From the NCBI GenBank assembly GCA_900552975.1, contig UWSL01000002.1, positions 1-39,454 of the forward strand: a stretch of DNA of 39,454 bases, given 5' to 3'. Shown in pieces: positions 36,491-39,454 of this stretch (position 1 is the first letter of the stretch; each line of letters starts with the position of its first letter). Source of the DNA: an uncultured Mycoplasmatota bacterium (GTDB lineage: Bacteria > Bacillota_I > Bacilli_A > RF39 > UBA660). Under the pieces are notes generated by a model. The model worked only from the letters and a program-made list of their open reading frames with translations. It ran no database searches and was not told where the DNA came from. A program made the translations under genes and the position numbers.

Positions 36491-36515
36491 TTAAAGTGAG
36501 AAAGGAAGAAATAAA

Positions 36516-36887
36516 ATGGCAAAATTAACAAAAGATGAATTTATAAGTGCTTTAAAAGAAATGACTATTCTTGAAGTAAAAGAATTAGTTGATGCAATGA
36601 AAGAAGAATTTGGTGTAGATCCAAGTGCTGTTGCAGTAGCAGCTGCTCCAGCAGCAGGAGCTGAAGCTCAAGAAGATAATGCAGCTAAAACAGTTGTATT
36701 AAAAGAAGCTGGAGCTACTAAAATGCAAGTAATTAAATTATTAAAGGAAATTACTGGTTTAGGTTTAGTAGAAGCTAAAGGTTTAGCTGATAATGGTGGA
36801 AACGTTAAAGAAAACGTTCCAGCTAAAGAAGCTGAAGAAATTAAAGCACAATTAGAAGCAGTTGGTGCTACAATCGAATTAGTATAA
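36516..36887 (+). CDS. rplL: 50S ribosomal protein L7/L12
   Basis: Ala-rich hinge (AVAVAAAPAAGAEA) and the C-terminal domain (KMQVIKLLKEITGLGLVEAKGL...EEIKAQLEAVGATIELV). Confidence 0.96.
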   Translation: MAKLTKDEFISALKEMTILEVKELVDAMKEEFGVDPSAVAVAAAPAAGAEAQEDNAAKTVVLKEAGATKMQVIKLLKEITGLGLVEAKGLADNGGNVKENVPAKEAEEIKAQLEAVGATIELV

Positions 36888-36897
36888 TTGCTTTTAT

Positions 36898-36929
36898 AAA
36901 ACGACTTGAGATTTCAAGCCGTTTTTTTC
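36898..36929 (+). terminator. rplL terminator
   Basis: AACGACTTGA-gatt-TCAAGCCGTT stem with one mismatch, followed by T7. Confidence 0.7.
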
Positions 36930-36986
36930 ATGGTGGAAAAAAAGTTTATTGTGTATTATAATTATTGATAGAAGGAGGGGAGTAAT

Positions 36987-37484
36987 GTGAAACTTAATAA
37001 CCATGGTTGGGGAATGAAAAATATGATTATTTATTGTTGTATATTACTTCTCTTTTTAATTATTGCAGTTTGTAATGTACATTCTTTATATAAAAATATC
37101 GAAGATGGTCATAAAAGTTATAATAATCAAAATAAACAAAACAATAAATTAAATAATACAACTAATAAAAACCAAAATAATAATGGAACTACGAATGGTG
37201 GAAATTCAAATGTTTATATTGATTATAGTATTTATCATGATTATGAAAAAAAGATGGCTGAAGTTGCTAAGAGTTATGTGATAGAAAATCGTGATGCCTT
37301 ACATACGGGAATTGCTTCGGTTTTATTAACAGAACTGGTTACGAATGGTTATATCAATCAGTTATATGATCAGGTTAATAATACTGAATGTTCTGGTTAT
37401 GTTAATGTATGGGATGATGAGAGTGGAACCTATCAAAGTCAAGCTTACTTGAAATGTACTAATTATACAACAGAAGGATATTAG
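36987..37484 (+). CDS. Membrane-anchored, Asn-rich secreted protein with a C-terminal two-Cys domain (paralog 1)
   Basis: GTG start 8 nt after GGAGG. One N-terminal TM helix, a poly-N/Q linker, and the C-terminal domain ...LVTNGYINQLYDQVNNTECSGYVNVWDDESGTYQSQAYLKCTNYTTEGY. Confidence 0.65.
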   Translation: MKLNNHGWGMKNMIIYCCILLLFLIIAVCNVHSLYKNIEDGHKSYNNQNKQNNKLNNTTNKNQNNNGTTNGGNSNVYIDYSIYHDYEKKMAEVAKSYVIENRDALHTGIASVLLTELVTNGYINQLYDQVNNTECSGYVNVWDDESGTYQSQAYLKCTNYTTEGY

Positions 37485-37494
37485 GAGGTATAGA

Positions 37495-37971
37495 ATGAAA
37501 AAAAGTAATAAGAAAAAAAAGAGAAAGAGTTTAAAAAAAATAATAAAAACTATTTTGACTAATATTAAGAACTTTTTTGTTAATATATATATTAAATTTA
37601 AGAAATTACCTAAAAAATTGCAAAAATTAATTATTTTGTGGTTAGCTATTTTTATTATAATTGTTGTTTTGATATTTTTTTGTGGTACAAATAAAAAAAT
37701 TGTTGTTAATCATGAAAAAATGGAAAATGATGTTGTATCTGCAGCTTTAGACTATGTAAAAACTCGTGAATTATATCCAACAAAAGATCAAAAAATGCGT
37801 TTAAATATAAATACCTTGATTGAAAATGGAGATTTGTATGATGATGCTGTTGATAAAAGTTGTATAGGTTATGCGCTAATTTTTTATGATGAGGATAAGA
37901 GTGATTATAATGTAAAGGCTTATTTAAGTTGTAAAAATTATGAAACGGATGGTTATACTTTTATTAAATAG
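37495..37971 (+). CDS. Membrane-anchored protein with the same C-terminal two-Cys domain (paralog 2)
   Basis: AGGAGG RBS. A Lys-rich N-terminus, one TM helix, and the C-terminal ...LIENGDLYDDAVDKSCIGYALIFYDEDKSDYNVKAYLSCKNYETDGY, which aligns with paralog 1. Confidence 0.65.
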   Translation: MKKSNKKKKRKSLKKIIKTILTNIKNFFVNIYIKFKKLPKKLQKLIILWLAIFIIIVVLIFFCGTNKKIVVNHEKMENDVVSAALDYVKTRELYPTKDQKMRLNINTLIENGDLYDDAVDKSCIGYALIFYDEDKSDYNVKAYLSCKNYETDGYTFIK

Positions 37972-37987
37972 AAAAAGATGGTTTGTA

Positions 37988-38016
37988 TTGACATTTTTAA
38001 TATATAATGTTATATT
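37988..38016 (+). promoter_or_regulatory. rpsL-rpsG-fusA (str operon) promoter
   Basis: TTGACA (37988-37993), 17-nt spacer, TATATT (38011-38016). A 5'-UTR hairpin AGGTTTCGCC-tag-GCGGAACCT lies at ~38035-38058. Confidence 0.6.
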
Positions 38017-38111
38017 ATGTTTGCGTTTTAAATCAGGTTTCGCCTAGGCGGAACCTAATTTAAGAAAATGTTTGATACACCAGGATGTGTGTATATGAGA
38101 GGAGGAAGAAT

Positions 38112-38531
38112 ATGACAACTATTAATCAATTAGTAAGAAAAAACAGAAAAGACAAAACTAAAAAAAGTAAAAGTCCAGTTTTAAATGTTGGTTTTAATAG
38201 TATGGAAAGAAAGGCTACAGTTCAAAATAGTCCACAAAAAAGAGGAGTATGTACAAAAGTAGGAACTCGTACACCAAAGAAACCTAACTCAGCATTAAGA
38301 AAATTCGCTCGTGTTAGATTATCAAATGGTAGAGAAGTTGATACTTATATTCCAGGTGAAGGACACAATTTACAAGAACATAGCGTAGTATTAGTACGTG
38401 GTGGACGTGTAAAAGACTTAATCGGTGTTCGTTATCACATTGTACGTGGTACTCTTGATACTCAAGGCGTTAATAATAGAAAACAAAGCCGTAGTAAATA
38501 TGGTACAAAAAAACCAAAAGATAATAAATAA
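38112..38531 (+). CDS. rpsL: 30S ribosomal protein S12
   Basis: ATG at 38112 follows [42 protein letters not shown], and [26 protein letters not shown]. The track start at 38085 is an upstream extension. Confidence 0.97.
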   Translation: MTTINQLVRKNRKDKTKKSKSPVLNVGFNSMERKATVQNSPQKRGVCTKVGTRTPKKPNSALRKFARVRLSNGREVDTYIPGEGHNLQEHSVVLVRGGRVKDLIGVRYHIVRGTLDTQGVNNRKQSRSKYGTKKPKDNK

Positions 38532-38565
38532 TTCTTAATAAGATAATAAGGAAGGAGAGATAAAT

Positions 38566-39033
38566 ATGCGTAAGAGACGTGCAGAAAAAAGAGATGTTTT
38601 ACCTGATCCAATATATAATTCTAAGATTGTTACTAAGTTAATTAACCAAATTATGCAAGATGGTAAAAAAGGTACAGCTGAAAGAATTTTATATGAAGCT
38701 TTTGATATGATCAAAGAAAAAACAGGAAAAGATCCTATGGAAGTTTATTTGAAAGCTTTAGAAAATGTTACTCCTCTTTTAGAAGTAAAATCTAGAAGAG
38801 TTGGTGGCTCTAATGTTCAAGTTCCTATTGAAGTAACAGACGTAAGAGGCCAAGCATTAGCATTACGTTGGATTGTAAACTATGCTAAATTAAGAAATGG
38901 TAAAGGAATGGCTATAAATTTAGCTAATGAAATTATGGACGCTGCAAATGGCGTTGGTGGAGCCGTTAAAAAACGTGAAGATACTCATAAGATGGCAGAA
39001 GCAAATAAAGCATTTGCTCATTATAGATGGTAG
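38566..39033 (+). CDS. rpsG: 30S ribosomal protein S7
   Basis: [41 protein letters not shown] and the C-terminal KAFAHYRW. Confidence 0.97.
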   Translation: MRKRRAEKRDVLPDPIYNSKIVTKLINQIMQDGKKGTAERILYEAFDMIKEKTGKDPMEVYLKALENVTPLLEVKSRRVGGSNVQVPIEVTDVRGQALALRWIVNYAKLRNGKGMAINLANEIMDAANGVGGAVKKREDTHKMAEANKAFAHYRW

Positions 39034-39045
39034 GAGTAAGAGAAT

Positions 39046-39454
39046 ATGGCAAGAGATGTTACAATAGATAAGTTAAGAAATATCGGTATCATGGCTCATA
39101 TTGATGCTGGTAAAACTACTACAACTGAGAGAATTTTATACCTTACTGGTATAACTCATAAAATTGGTGAGACACATGATGGTGAATCTCAAATGGACTG
39201 GATGGCTCAAGAGCAAGAAAGAGGTATCACAATTACTTCTGCTGCTACTACATGCCACTGGAAAGGTTATAGATTAAATATTATTGATACTCCAGGACAC
39301 GTTGACTTTACAATAGAAGTACAAAGATCTTTAAGAGTATTAGATGGAGCTGTTGCATTAATTGATGCACAAGCTGGTGTTGAACCACAAACAGAAACTG
39401 TTTGGAGACAAGCAAACGAATATAAAGTTCCAAGAATGATTTGTGCAAACAAAA
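39046..39454 (+). CDS. fusA: Elongation factor G, N-terminal 136 aa (continues beyond the window)
   Basis: [32 protein letters not shown] (G1), [18 protein letters not shown], and [14 protein letters not shown] (G3). The ORF is still open at the window end. Confidence 0.97.
   Translation, partial: MARDVTIDKLRNIGIMAHIDAGKTTTTERILYLTGITHKIGETHDGESQMDWMAQEQERGITITSAATTCHWKGYRLNIIDTPGHVDFTIEVQRSLRVLDGAVALIDAQAGVEPQTETVWRQANEYKVPRMICANK

Noticed and set aside
5505-39452. Minus-strand ORFs nested in + strand genes: 5505-5693, 7274-7552, 9751-9987, 15379-15561, 18777-18995, 22503-22736, 24187-24378, 25244-25555, 30215-30403, 34296-34493, 34471-34665 and 39267-39452
   Set aside because: Each lies antisense to a well-supported gene (permease, cysS, uvrA, rplK, fusA and others). 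They give low-complexity Ile/Phe/Lys-rich translations typical of AT-rich antisense frames and have no RBS.
1-39454. Mollicutes-type genetic code (UGA read as Trp), suggested by the extreme AT content
   Set aside because: Conserved genes end at TGA (for example uvrB), contain no in-frame TGA, and encode conserved Trp with TGG. The standard code 11 fits.

Overview
This 39.5 kb window is very AT-rich, low-GC Bacillota-type DNA using the standard genetic code (TGA is a stop, Trp is TGG). It looks like the origin-proximal housekeeping region. Every convincing gene lies on the + strand. The order is: typA (3' part only), two paralogous ORFans, lysS, a YfcC-like permease, a Clp-N domain protein, cysS, a YugP-like Zn-peptidase, three uncharacterised genes, and a 3.4 kb scar zone. 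The scar zone holds a nonsense-disrupted small gene, a heavily decayed IS3-family element, a coiled-coil ORFan, a tiny transmembrane ORF and an ISL3 transposase remnant on the - strand. Then come uvrB, an ORFan, CBS-type family II pyrophosphatase, an SDR, an ORFan, radical-SAM/SPASM plus uvrA, an ORFan, lgt, a trxB-like gene, mrnC, rlmB, a sigH-like gene, secE and nusG. After nusG sits a 996-aa multi-HTH ORF, followed by rplK-rplA, the L10 leader, rplJ-rplL, two paralogous membrane-anchored Cys-pair proteins, and rpsL-rpsG-fusA (5' part only). The first ~0.6 kb is compositionally and taxonomically foreign: G+C-rich with a Bacteroidales-style DUF4248 gene tail. It abuts a 5'-truncated typA, so it is either an assembly chimera or a foreign junction. 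The most unusual item is the self-contained 3 kb gene wedged between nusG and rplK, with its own near-consensus promoter and a terminator upstream. It encodes four degenerate XRE-type HTH modules interleaved with helicase-associated-domain-like helical modules. Other oddities: rpoB-rpoC are absent between rplL and rpsL; L11 and SecE carry long Glu/Lys-rich extensions; S12 has Ile at the conserved Pro of the streptomycin-resistance loop; the TrxB homologue lacks the NADPH 2'-phosphate Arg motif. No tRNA, rRNA or CRISPR array was seen. All family assignments come from reading motifs by eye; no database searches were run.
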